Assembly (NCBI GenBank): GCA_045591865.1
Contig: JAZNTQ010000027.1
Coordinates: 1-51,857, forward strand
Source of the DNA: Clostridia bacterium
Lineage (GTDB): Bacteria > Bacillota > Clostridia > UMGS1883
Direction of reading: 5' to 3'
DNA length: 51,857 nt
The translations under genes and the position numbers were made by a program. The notes below the pieces were generated by a model. That model was not told the DNA's origin, did not search any database, and saw only the letters and a list, made by a program, of their open reading frames with translations. How positions within the stretch are numbered: position 1 is the stretch's first letter; each line of letters starts with the position of its first letter. This document shows positions 25,297 to 34,346 of this stretch, one piece after another.

Positions 25297-26523
25297 ATGG
25301 AAAATGTATTTGACGTTTTGAAAGAAAGAGGTCTTCTTGCACAGACCACACACGAAAATGAAATCCGTGAACTTCTGGGTAAGGAGAAAGTAACTTTTTA
25401 TATCGGATTTGACCCCACTGCAGACAGCCTTCATGTAGGACATTTCCTGCAGATGGTTGTTATGCGCCATATGCAGATGCACGGACACCGTCCCATCGCT
25501 CTTGTAGGTGGCGGTACAGGACATATCGGCGACCCCTCGGGAAGAACTGATATGCGCCAGATGATGACAAAGGAAACGATTGACCATAACTGCGAATGCT
25601 TCAAGCAGCAGCTTTCCAGAGTAATCGACTTTTCTGATGATAAGGCAATTATGGTTAATAATGCAGACTGGCTTTTAGACCTTAACTATGTTGAGTTCAT
25701 CCGTGATATCGGTGCTCACTTCTCCGTTAATCAGATGCTCTCTGCAGAATGCTTCAAGCAGCGTCTTGAAAAAGGTCTCTCCTTCCTTGAATTCAACTAT
25801 ATGCTTATGCAGAGCTACGATTTCCTTATGCTCAGCAGAAAGTACGATTGTAAGATTGAGCTTGGCGGTGACGACCAATGGAGCAATATATTAGGCGGTC
25901 TTGACCTTTGCAGAAAGAAGGACCAGAAGCAGGTTTATGGTATGACCTTTACTCTTCTTACAAACAGCGAGGGTAAGAAAATGGGTAAAACTGCAAGCGG
26001 TGCAGTGTGGCTTTCTCCTGAGAAGACCTCCCCTTACGAATTCTATCAGTACTGGAGAAATGTTGACGATGCTGACGTGTGCAAGTGTCTCAAGCTTCTC
26101 ACATTTGTTCCTATGGACGAAATCCGCGAATATGAAAAACTCGAAGGTAGTCAGCTCAATAAGGTTAAAGAGGTTCTCGCTTATGAAGTGACAAAGCTTG
26201 TGCATGGTGAAGAAGAAGCGAAGAAGGCACAGGCTACTGCTTCTGCAATCTTCTCTGGTGCAGGCGATGCTGAAAATATGCCCTCTGCACAGGTAAGCGA
26301 AAGCGATATCGCAGATGGTATCAAGGTGCTTGACCTTCTTGCAAATGTAAAATTCATCCCTTCAAAGGGCGAAGGTCGCAGACTTATCCAGCAGGGCGGA
26401 TTAAGCATTGATAATGAAAAGGTAACGGAAATTGACCTTGTAATTACAAAGGAAAGCTTTAAGGACGGAAAGATTATTGTTAAAAAGGGTAAAAAATCCT
26501 TCCTTAAAATAGAGCTTGCTTAA
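25297..26523 (+). CDS. tyrS: Tyrosyl-tRNA synthetase
   Basis: 408 aa. HIGH-type motif (ADSLHVGH), KMSKS-type motif (KMGKT) and a C-terminal S4-like domain. Confidence 0.95.
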   Translation: MENVFDVLKERGLLAQTTHENEIRELLGKEKVTFYIGFDPTADSLHVGHFLQMVVMRHMQMHGHRPIALVGGGTGHIGDPSGRTDMRQMMTKETIDHNCECFKQQLSRVIDFSDDKAIMVNNADWLLDLNYVEFIRDIGAHFSVNQMLSAECFKQRLEKGLSFLEFNYMLMQSYDFLMLSRKYDCKIELGGDDQWSNILGGLDLCRKKDQKQVYGMTFTLLTNSEGKKMGKTASGAVWLSPEKTSPYEFYQYWRNVDDADVCKCLKLLTFVPMDEIREYEKLEGSQLNKVKEVLAYEVTKLVHGEEEAKKAQATASAIFSGAGDAENMPSAQVSESDIADGIKVLDLLANVKFIPSKGEGRRLIQQGGLSIDNEKVTEIDLVITKESFKDGKIIVKKGKKSFLKIELA

Positions 26524-26542
26524 ATGAAAGGCAGGTGAGCGT

Positions 26543-27631
26543 ATGTCAGATATTATAATTTCAGGTTACTACGGGCTTGGAAATAGTGGAGATGAAGCTC
26601 TTCTTAAAAGCATTGTAGAGGATCTTAAAAGCATAAATCCTGATATTACGATAACTGCGCTCTCGGGAAATGCCGCACTTACAGAAAGGCTCTATGGGAT
26701 AAAGACAGTGTCAAGAACTAATCTTTTTTCCATAATCCGCGAATTTCGCTCTGCAAAGCTTCTTTTAAGCGGAGGGGGAACTCTCATTCAGGATGCCACA
26801 AGTACAAAGAGCCTTATTTACTATCTCGGCATTATATCCCTTGCAAAGAAAATGGGATTAAAGGTTATGCTTTATGCTAACGGAATGGGTCCCATAAAAG
26901 ATAAAAACATAAAAAAAGTGCATAAAGTTTTAGAGAATGCAGACCTTATAACGCTTCGGGAAAGCACATCTTTGGAGGAAATTAAAAGGTGCAATATAAC
27001 AAAGCCCGAGGTTATTGTAACTGCCGACCCTGCATTTAATCTCGTGCCCTCACCTCAAAACCGTGCCGATGAAATTCTTGTTGAGTATGGGATAGAAAAG
27101 GATGAAAAAATTGTTGCGGTATCCGTGAGGGAATGCGGCTTAAATGGTGATGATTTTGAATCGCAGATGGCATATGCACTGGACAGCATTGCACAAAGAG
27201 GATATCTCCCTGTTTTTATTCCTATGCAGATGAGAGCAGATTTTGATATTTCTCTTCGCATTGCCGCAAAGATGAAAGAAAAATCAAAAATAATTGACTG
27301 TGAGCTTTCCGTAAGCGATATGCTTGCAATTATAGGCAGATGCTCCATCGCGTGCGGAATGAGGCTTCATATGCTGATTTTTGCATCTGTTATGAATGTT
27401 CCTATGGCAGGAATAGCCTATGATCCGAAAATCAGGGGATTTATGGAGTATATGAACCAAAAGAATTATGTTGAGCTTAAAGCTTTTGAGGGAGAAAAAT
27501 TCAGAAGTGTTCTTGGAAATGTCCTTGATAAAAAGAGTGAGCTTCAGGAAATGCTTAAAAAAGACTCACTTCCCCTTCGTGAAAAAGCTAAAAAGAACGC
27601 ACATCTGGCAATACAGTTGCTCAAAAAATGA
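26543..27631 (+). CDS. csaB: Polysaccharide pyruvyl transferase CsaB
   Basis: 362 aa. IIISGYYGLGNSGDEALL, LLLSGGGTLIQDATS, RLHMLIF. This is the usual partner of SLH-domain anchoring. Confidence 0.82.
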   Translation: MSDIIISGYYGLGNSGDEALLKSIVEDLKSINPDITITALSGNAALTERLYGIKTVSRTNLFSIIREFRSAKLLLSGGGTLIQDATSTKSLIYYLGIISLAKKMGLKVMLYANGMGPIKDKNIKKVHKVLENADLITLRESTSLEEIKRCNITKPEVIVTADPAFNLVPSPQNRADEILVEYGIEKDEKIVAVSVRECGLNGDDFESQMAYALDSIAQRGYLPVFIPMQMRADFDISLRIAAKMKEKSKIIDCELSVSDMLAIIGRCSIACGMRLHMLIFASVMNVPMAGIAYDPKIRGFMEYMNQKNYVELKAFEGEKFRSVLGNVLDKKSELQEMLKKDSLPLREKAKKNAHLAIQLLKK

Positions 27632-27648
27632 AAAGGAGGCCTGTGCTG

Positions 27649-28368
27649 ATGAGAAAAACTCTTAAAATTTTACTTATTATTTTAATAGCAGTTTCGCTTA
27701 TTGCAGGCGGCCTTGCGATATGGCAGCGAAAAAATATTGAAAGCATATTGATAGGCTTGCGTGAAGATTCTACGCAAATTGATAAACGAAGAAACGACAA
27801 TCAGACAAATCTTGTTGATGATGTGAACACACATCTTGATACTCCTCTGCGTGAAATGACAGTGGAAGAAAAAGAAAAGCTTGAGTCAGGCGAAACTACC
27901 GCAAGCGAAATCTATCAGAAGATGTTTGAGGAGAAAATGGAGGAAGCAAAAGAGAATAAGCCTCAAGAAGGCACCCAAAAGAAACCAGAGGGTGAAACTG
28001 CTTCCACAGCTCCCAAGGAATCAAAGGATGAGATAGTGAGCCGCTATATGGTTGAACTTTATAAGCTCCAGACCGAGTTTAATGCGAGAGCAGAGGCAAC
28101 TATCAAAGAGGGCGGAGATTATTACGAGAGCATAAATGCTCATCCGCAAGACCCCGTTGCACGTGCAGAAACTATAACACGATTCACCCCGATTGTAAGA
28201 GGTATTGAAAAAGAGTGTGACGGAAGGTTTGAAGAGGTTCTTAAAAAGCTTGAAGGAGAGCTTAAGTCGGCAGGATACGACACTGCAGTTATCCCGACAA
28301 TCAGAAGAACATATCAAAACGAAAAACAGCTTAAGCTTTCTTACTACGCAAACAAATACCTGAAATAA
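27649..28368 (+). CDS. Hypothetical single-pass membrane protein with an acidic/lysine-rich linker
   Basis: TM helix ILLIILIAVSLIAGGLAIW, low-complexity E/K-rich middle, conserved-looking C-terminal domain. AAAGGAGG precedes the ATG at 27649. The track start 27628 overlaps the csaB stop. Confidence 0.6.
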   Translation: MRKTLKILLIILIAVSLIAGGLAIWQRKNIESILIGLREDSTQIDKRRNDNQTNLVDDVNTHLDTPLREMTVEEKEKLESGETTASEIYQKMFEEKMEEAKENKPQEGTQKKPEGETASTAPKESKDEIVSRYMVELYKLQTEFNARAEATIKEGGDYYESINAHPQDPVARAETITRFTPIVRGIEKECDGRFEEVLKKLEGELKSAGYDTAVIPTIRRTYQNEKQLKLSYYANKYLK

Positions 28369-28409
28369 AAATCTCTCAAAGAAAACTTTGACAAAAAAGG
28401 AGAAGGGAA

Positions 28410-29750
28410 ATGCTTAAAAAACTTTCATTTAAGGGTGGAGTTCACCCCAATGATAACAAGAAGCAGACCGCAGGGAAACAGATAGAAATTCTGGAAGTTC
28501 CCGAGATTCTTACTTATCCCGTACAACAGCATTTAGGAGCACCTTGTAAACCCTGTGTAAAGGTCGGAGACTATGTGAAGATGGGACAGAAAATCGCAGA
28601 TAGCGACGCTTTTTTAAGTGCTCCCATCCATGCTTCTGTTTCAGGTACAGTTATAGATATAAAACCCTGTCCGGTATGGAACGGAACTATGGTTGAATCT
28701 ATAGTTATTGAGAATGACTTTACTGATACGCTGGACGAGGCGCTCAAGCCTATTGACTATATGAGCATTGACCCCGATGAAATACCTGGTATCGTGCGCG
28801 AAGCAGGCGTTGTTGGTATGGGAGGGGCGACATTTCCGACACATATAAAGCTCAATCCCCCTGATAAGAGCAAAATAGATACAATTATAGTAAATGCGGC
28901 AGAGTGTGAGCCTTATATAACAAGCGACCACCGCGTAATGCTTGAGACTCCCGAAGAAGTTATCGAGGGGCTTAAGATTGTTTTAAGAAGATTTGGCATT
29001 ACAAACGGTCATATCGCAATTGAAGATAATAAGCCTGATGCTATAAAGCTTCTTAAAGAGAAGTGCGAGGGCGAAGGAATTACAGTAGATACGCTTAAGA
29101 AAAAATATCCCCAGGGCAGCGAAAAGCACCTTATCTATGCTGTCACAAAGAGGAAGGTTCCGGGTGGCAAGCTTCCTGCAGACGTTGGAGTTATAGTCAT
29201 AAATGTTGATACCGCTGCAGCTATTGCAAGAAAATTCAAGAATGGAATACCTCTTATGAGAAGAATTGTTACGGTTGTAGGCACTCCGTTTAAAAAAGAA
29301 GTTAACTACAATGTTCGCATAGGAACAGGTGTTGATTACATAATTGAGAAAAATGGTGGATTTAAGACTGAACCTGCAAAGGTTATCATAGGAGGTCCTA
29401 TGATGGGGGTTGCACAGTTCAGACTCAACATTCCTGTAATCAAGGGTACATCAGCGCTTCTGGCATTTACTGAAAAAGAGGCTCAAATCCCCGAAGAAGA
29501 AAACTGTATAAGATGCGGAAAATGTGTAGAGAACTGCCCGATGAATCTTATGCCTCTTTATCTTCAGCAGTATGCACGTAAAGACAATATGGAAGCCTGT
29601 GAAAAACATAATGTCACTTCCTGTATAGAATGTGGTTGTTGCAGTTACGGCTGTCCGTCAAAAAGACAGCTTGTGCAGACAATCCGTATTGCAAAAAGAA
29701 AAGTTATGGGCATTCAGCGTGAGCGCGCACAGAAGGAAAGGAAGGGATAA
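28410..29750 (+). CDS. rnfC: Rnf complex subunit C
   Basis: 446 aa. FKGGVHP N-terminus, NADH/FMN-binding core and two CxxCxxCxxxCP ferredoxin motifs. Confidence 0.92.
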   Translation: MLKKLSFKGGVHPNDNKKQTAGKQIEILEVPEILTYPVQQHLGAPCKPCVKVGDYVKMGQKIADSDAFLSAPIHASVSGTVIDIKPCPVWNGTMVESIVIENDFTDTLDEALKPIDYMSIDPDEIPGIVREAGVVGMGGATFPTHIKLNPPDKSKIDTIIVNAAECEPYITSDHRVMLETPEEVIEGLKIVLRRFGITNGHIAIEDNKPDAIKLLKEKCEGEGITVDTLKKKYPQGSEKHLIYAVTKRKVPGGKLPADVGVIVINVDTAAAIARKFKNGIPLMRRIVTVVGTPFKKEVNYNVRIGTGVDYIIEKNGGFKTEPAKVIIGGPMMGVAQFRLNIPVIKGTSALLAFTEKEAQIPEEENCIRCGKCVENCPMNLMPLYLQQYARKDNMEACEKHNVTSCIECGCCSYGCPSKRQLVQTIRIAKRKVMGIQRERAQKERKG

Positions 29751-29753
29751 GGC

Positions 29754-30734
29754 ATGGAAAATACAAAACTTGCAGTTTCATCTACTCCTCACATAAGAGA
29801 AAAAAATAGTATTCAGGATGTTATGCTTGATGTTATAATTGCTCTTATGCCGGTGGCATTTGCTGCTGTGCTACTTTTCGGTCAGCGAGCATTTGCGCTT
29901 ATGCTTGTAAGTGTTATTTCCTGTGTGGGCTTTGAATGGCTTTATCAGGTTGCAGCTCATAAAAAGCGCACAATAAATGATATGAGTGCAGTGGTAACAG
30001 GTCTTCTTTTTGCCTTTTGTTTGCCGGTTACTACACCTTACTACATAGTTGTTATCGGTGCTTTTGTTGCAATTATTATTGCAAAGCAGCTCTTCGGCGG
30101 TATCGGACAAAACTTTATGAATCCCGCTCTTGTAGGTAGAGTGTTTGTATTGGCATCGTTCCCCGTTGCACTCACAAAATTCTCCCGGAAAAGAGTGCAT
30201 CTGTTTAATAATGTGGCAGACGTTGTTACCGGTGCAACCCCTCTTTCAAAGGAATGGATAGATGCGGCTCCCAGTTTAAGAACGCAGTTTCTTGGAGTTT
30301 TTGAGGGTGGAAAAATTCTTCCTGGATGTATCGGCGAAACCTGTGCGCTTGCAATCCTTATAGGATTCATTTATCTTCTTATCCGCAAGGTAATAACACT
30401 CAGAATTCCGCTTGCATTTTTAGGAAGCGTGTTTGTGATGACACTTCTCTTTGGAGACAGTGCAGTAGTAAGCGTACAGAACCCTCTGGCGGCAGTTCTT
30501 TCAGGCGGCGTACTTCTCGGCGCAGTATTTATGGCGACCGACTATGTAACCTCTCCCACAACTCCCTGGGGACAGATAATTTTCGGCATTGGTTGCGGTG
30601 TTATCACCTGTATTATAAGATTCTGGGGAGGATACCCCGAAGGTGTAAGCTTTGCAATTCTTCTTATGAATATCCTTACCCCCCTCATTGAAAAGTGGAC
30701 AGTTCCCAAGGCGTTTGGCTTTGTGAAAGAATAA
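29754..30734 (+). CDS. rnfD: Rnf complex subunit D
   Basis: 326 aa polytopic membrane protein. SSTPHI, NPALVGR, ATPL and TDYVTSP (FMN attachment region). Confidence 0.92.
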   Translation: MENTKLAVSSTPHIREKNSIQDVMLDVIIALMPVAFAAVLLFGQRAFALMLVSVISCVGFEWLYQVAAHKKRTINDMSAVVTGLLFAFCLPVTTPYYIVVIGAFVAIIIAKQLFGGIGQNFMNPALVGRVFVLASFPVALTKFSRKRVHLFNNVADVVTGATPLSKEWIDAAPSLRTQFLGVFEGGKILPGCIGETCALAILIGFIYLLIRKVITLRIPLAFLGSVFVMTLLFGDSAVVSVQNPLAAVLSGGVLLGAVFMATDYVTSPTTPWGQIIFGIGCGVITCIIRFWGGYPEGVSFAILLMNILTPLIEKWTVPKAFGFVKE

Positions 30735-30748
30735 GCGGAGGTGGAATA

Positions 30749-31294
30749 ATGAAAAAAGAATTTATAAAACTTTCGTCTATTCTTTGTATAATAACGCTTG
30801 TTGCCGCGCTTCTTCTTTCGGGGGTTAATAAAATCACCGCTCCGCGTATAGCGGAAGCAGAAAAAGAAGCAACCCAGGAAGCAATGATGGCAATTATCCC
30901 CGATGCAGACTCTTTTGAAGAGTTGAACGAAAATGTTTCTGCAGCAAAAAAAGGTGATGAAGTAATTGGATATTGTGTAAGGGTAACTACCACAGGCTAC
31001 GGCGGAGACATCGCTATGATGATAGGTCTTGACGTGGAAACGACCGTTCAGGGCATTGAAATTTTAAGTCACAGCGAAACTGCAGGACTTGGTGCAAAAA
31101 TTACCGAGGACAGCTTCAAATCACAGTTTAAGGGTAAAAATCCAATACTTCAGGTAGTCAAGAACGAAACTGATAGCGAAAGCGAAATCACTGCAATAAC
31201 CGGAGCTACTGTAAGTTCTCGCGGTATTGCAAACGGCGTAAAAATGTCGATTGATCTTGTTGAAGAAGCAATAAAGGAGGCAATGTCTAAATGA
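30749..31294 (+). CDS. rnfG: Rnf complex subunit G
   Basis: One TM helix plus an FMN-binding domain (TGATVSSRG). Start re-set to the ATG at 30749, after GGAGGTGG. Confidence 0.9.
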   Translation: MKKEFIKLSSILCIITLVAALLLSGVNKITAPRIAEAEKEATQEAMMAIIPDADSFEELNENVSAAKKGDEVIGYCVRVTTTGYGGDIAMMIGLDVETTVQGIEILSHSETAGLGAKITEDSFKSQFKGKNPILQVVKNETDSESEITAITGATVSSRGIANGVKMSIDLVEEAIKEAMSK

Positions 31295-31878
31295 TTAAGA
31301 CCATTAAAAATGGTATAATTACCGAAAACCCCACCTTTATGCAGCTCCTTGGTATGTGTCCCACTCTCGCGGTTACAACGTCGCTTTCAAATGGTATTGG
31401 TATGGGGCTTTCAGTTACGTTTGTACTGACTCTTTCAAACATACTCGTTTCTCTTTTAAGAAAAATAATTCCTCAAAAAATCAGAATTGCAGCATATGTT
31501 GTAATTATCGCAACCTTCGTAACGATTGTTGATTTGATTCTTAAAGCATACATACCTGCTCTTTCAAAATCGCTTGGTCTTTTTATTCCGCTTATCGTTG
31601 TAAACTGCATAATTCTTGCCCGCGCAGAAGCATTCGCTTCTAAAAACGGTGTTTTAAAATCAGCGGCAGACGGTATCGGTATGGGTCTAGGCTTTACTAT
31701 TGCACTTTCAATTATTTCTGCAACAAGAGAAATTCTTGGCGCAGGAACAATCCTTGGCTATAGCCTTGGAATAACCTCTCCTGCAACAATTATGCTGCTT
31801 CCTCCCGGAGGATTTTTAACACTTGGGATTCTCCTTGGTATAATCAATGTTATCAAGAATAAGAAAGGGGAGAGATAA
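31291..31878 (+). CDS. rnfE: Rnf complex subunit E
   Basis: 195 aa. NPTFMQLLGMCPTLAVT, LIVVNCIIL. Confidence 0.92.
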   Translation: MIKTIKNGIITENPTFMQLLGMCPTLAVTTSLSNGIGMGLSVTFVLTLSNILVSLLRKIIPQKIRIAAYVVIIATFVTIVDLILKAYIPALSKSLGLFIPLIVVNCIILARAEAFASKNGVLKSAADGIGMGLGFTIALSIISATREILGAGTILGYSLGITSPATIMLLPPGGFLTLGILLGIINVIKNKKGER

Positions 31879-32481
31879 ATGACCGCGCTTATAGGAGTCG
31901 CTTTAACTTCGATTTTTGTACAGAACTTTGTTCTTGTAAAATTCTACGGTATATGTCCCTTCCTCGGAGTATCAAAAAAGCTTGATACCGCGCTTGGTAT
32001 GGGTATGGCAGTTACATTTGTAATGACTCTTGCCTCTATAATGACCTGGCTTTGTCAGAAGTTCATACTTGTACCGCTTAATATTGAATATATGCAGACA
32101 ATTGCATTTATCGTAATTATTGCGGCGCTTGTACAGTTCGTTGAAATGTTTTTGCAAAAGTCAATTCCCTCGCTCTACAGTGCTCTGGGAATCTATCTTC
32201 CGCTCATAACTACAAACTGTGCAGTGCTGGGTGTAGCACTTCTTAATGTAAGAACTGCATCTGTTATCTCATCTTCTGAAAGCTATACACTTATTGAAAC
32301 TATTATAAACGGTTTCTCGGCAGGCGTAGGATTTATGCTTGCGATAGTGCTTTTTGCAGGTGTTCGAGAAAGACTTGAAAACTCAAATATTCCCAAAGCG
32401 CTTGAGGGAATGCCGATAGCGCTTATAAGCGCTTCGCTTCTTGCGATGGCGTTTCTGGGATTCCAGGGAATGTCTTTTTGA
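31879..32481 (+). CDS. rnfA: Rnf complex subunit A
   Basis: 200 aa. NFVLVKFYGICPFLGVS, LPLITTNCAVLG. Confidence 0.92.
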   Translation: MTALIGVALTSIFVQNFVLVKFYGICPFLGVSKKLDTALGMGMAVTFVMTLASIMTWLCQKFILVPLNIEYMQTIAFIVIIAALVQFVEMFLQKSIPSLYSALGIYLPLITTNCAVLGVALLNVRTASVISSSESYTLIETIINGFSAGVGFMLAIVLFAGVRERLENSNIPKALEGMPIALISASLLAMAFLGFQGMSF

Positions 32482-32498
32482 AAGGATTGATTCAGACT

Positions 32499-33332
32499 AT
32501 GAAAGATATAATTTATCCTGTGCTCTCAATGGGCGCATTAGGTCTTGTCCTTGGAGCGCTGCTGGCACTTGCAGCAAAGATATTTGCAGTTGAAAAGGAT
32601 GAAAGAGCGGAAGCTATCGCCGAAGTTCTTCCCGGTGCAAACTGCGGTAGCTGCGGCTTTGCAGGTTGCAGGGCATACGCAAGCGCAATTTCTAAAGATG
32701 GTGCAAAGGTTAATGCCTGCAGCCCGGGAGGACAGAACGTTGCAGATAAAATTGCAGAAATAATGGGCGTAGAAAGCGCACAGGTAGAAGAAAAAGTAGC
32801 CGTTGTCCGCTGTAATGGTACAAAGGATGTCGCTTTTGACAAGTTTACATATTGTGGTGTTTCGGATTGCGGCGCTGTTGTTTCACTTCAGGGAGCAGGG
32901 CAGAAATCGTGTGACTATGGTTGCCTTGGCTTTGGCAGCTGCGTGAATGTTTGTTGTCGCGGTGCAATTTCAATCGTAGACGGCATCGCTGTTATCGACA
33001 CTGAAAAATGCGGCGGTTGCGGCGAATGTGTGGACGTATGCCCTAAAAACCTTATAGAGCTAGTACCTAAAACCACAAAATATATAGTAAAATGCCAGTC
33101 ATGCGACAAGGGCGCGACGATGAAGGAAAAGTGCTCCGTGGGTTGCATAGGCTGTAAAATATGTGAAAAGAACTGCGAGGTAGGCGCAATCAAGGTAGAG
33201 AATAATCACGCAGTAATTGATTATTCAAAGTGTACCGGTTGCGGAATATGTGCAGAAAAATGCCCGAAAAAAATTATTATAGCAGTTTCAAAAGAGGAGA
33301 ATCCCGTTGAAGAGTGCAATAAAGAGAATTAA
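32499..33332 (+). CDS. rnfB: Rnf complex subunit B
   Basis: N-terminal TM helix, LPGANCGSCGFAGC cluster, then several 4Fe-4S ferredoxin CxxCxxCxxxCP motifs. Start probably the ATG at 32499. The track start is TTG 32478. Confidence 0.9.
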   Translation: MKDIIYPVLSMGALGLVLGALLALAAKIFAVEKDERAEAIAEVLPGANCGSCGFAGCRAYASAISKDGAKVNACSPGGQNVADKIAEIMGVESAQVEEKVAVVRCNGTKDVAFDKFTYCGVSDCGAVVSLQGAGQKSCDYGCLGFGSCVNVCCRGAISIVDGIAVIDTEKCGGCGECVDVCPKNLIELVPKTTKYIVKCQSCDKGATMKEKCSVGCIGCKICEKNCEVGAIKVENNHAVIDYSKCTGCGICAEKCPKKIIIAVSKEENPVEECNKEN

Positions 33333-34107
33333 AGTAATACTTTTTGCCACAGCCTGTGTACTGATACATTATCTTGTTTCAGTTGCCGCTGTGTCCATAT
33401 ACACAATGTGGAATATGGCAAAAGGCATTACCATAGCGGAAGCAGAGAAAAATGCAAGCACAGGATCATTTGCGCTTTCAGTAATTGCCACAATCATATC
33501 TGTGTGGGCTTATATGCTGATATATAAGCTCAAAGGGAAAGATATTTCAGAATGTGCCCCCAGCAAGAAAGTCCCGACAGCAATTATAATGATGTCAGGT
33601 TGCCTTGCAATAGGTATGAGGCTTTTGGTAGCGGTATACTACTCCCTCGTGCAGAATGTGGATGTATTTGAAAGCTCCCTTCAAAAGGCATCGGAGCTTT
33701 CTCCCGATATTGCAACTGCAGCACAGGCTCTTATAGCCGCCTTCAGCATATTGGTTGTTGCGCCCTTGTTTGAGGAATTTCTTTTCCGCGGACTTATTAT
33801 GGGAGAACTTCTTACAATTATGCGCCCGTGGGCAGCGATAACTCTTCAGGCAATTTTATTTGGAATAGCGCACGGAGGCCTGTTCCAAGGCTTGTTTGCC
33901 TTTGCAGTAGGCATAGTGCTGGGAATAGTGTGCTACCGTACGGAAAGTATTAAAACGGTGGCTGTATGCCATAGCATTTTTAATGCGTCGACGGTATTGA
34001 TGATTGAGGGTATGTCAGGAAAGCTGGCGGTACTTTTCTCCGTTGCAGGAACTATTATCTCGGCGCTTTCGTTATTTTATATTTTTGCTAATACACAAAG
34101 AAGATAA
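33307..34107 (+). CDS. CPBP-family (CAAX/Abi) intramembrane metalloprotease
   Basis: 266 aa polytopic protein. EEFLFRG, GIAHG and HSIFNA motifs. The TTG start overlaps the rnfB 3' end and is uncertain. Confidence 0.78.
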   Translation: MKSAIKRIKVILFATACVLIHYLVSVAAVSIYTMWNMAKGITIAEAEKNASTGSFALSVIATIISVWAYMLIYKLKGKDISECAPSKKVPTAIIMMSGCLAIGMRLLVAVYYSLVQNVDVFESSLQKASELSPDIATAAQALIAAFSILVVAPLFEEFLFRGLIMGELLTIMRPWAAITLQAILFGIAHGGLFQGLFAFAVGIVLGIVCYRTESIKTVAVCHSIFNASTVLMIEGMSGKLAVLFSVAGTIISALSLFYIFANTQRR

Positions 34108-34122
34108 GAAAGGATATTTTTT

Positions 34123-34344
34123 ATGATTAAAAAGTACGAAGTATCAGAAATTGATTGCGCAGTATGTGCAGGAAAAATTGAAGATGCAATAAAAAAGATT
34201 GACGGAGTCGTGGATGCGCAGCTTAATTTCATTATGCAGACTCTTACCATTGAAGCGGAAGAGGGAGATTTTGCTCGTCTTGAAAAGGAAATCGTGAAGG
34301 CGGGCAGAAAGACAGAACGCGACTTTGAAATCAGTGAGGCGTAA
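34123..34344 (+). CDS. Stand-alone heavy-metal-associated (HMA) domain protein
   Basis: 73 aa, ferredoxin-like HMA fold with a DCAVCAGKIE metal-binding CxxC. It stops 2 nt before the ATPase start. Confidence 0.72.
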   Translation: MIKKYEVSEIDCAVCAGKIEDAIKKIDGVVDAQLNFIMQTLTIEAEEGDFARLEKEIVKAGRKTERDFEISEA

Positions 34345-34346
34345 AT

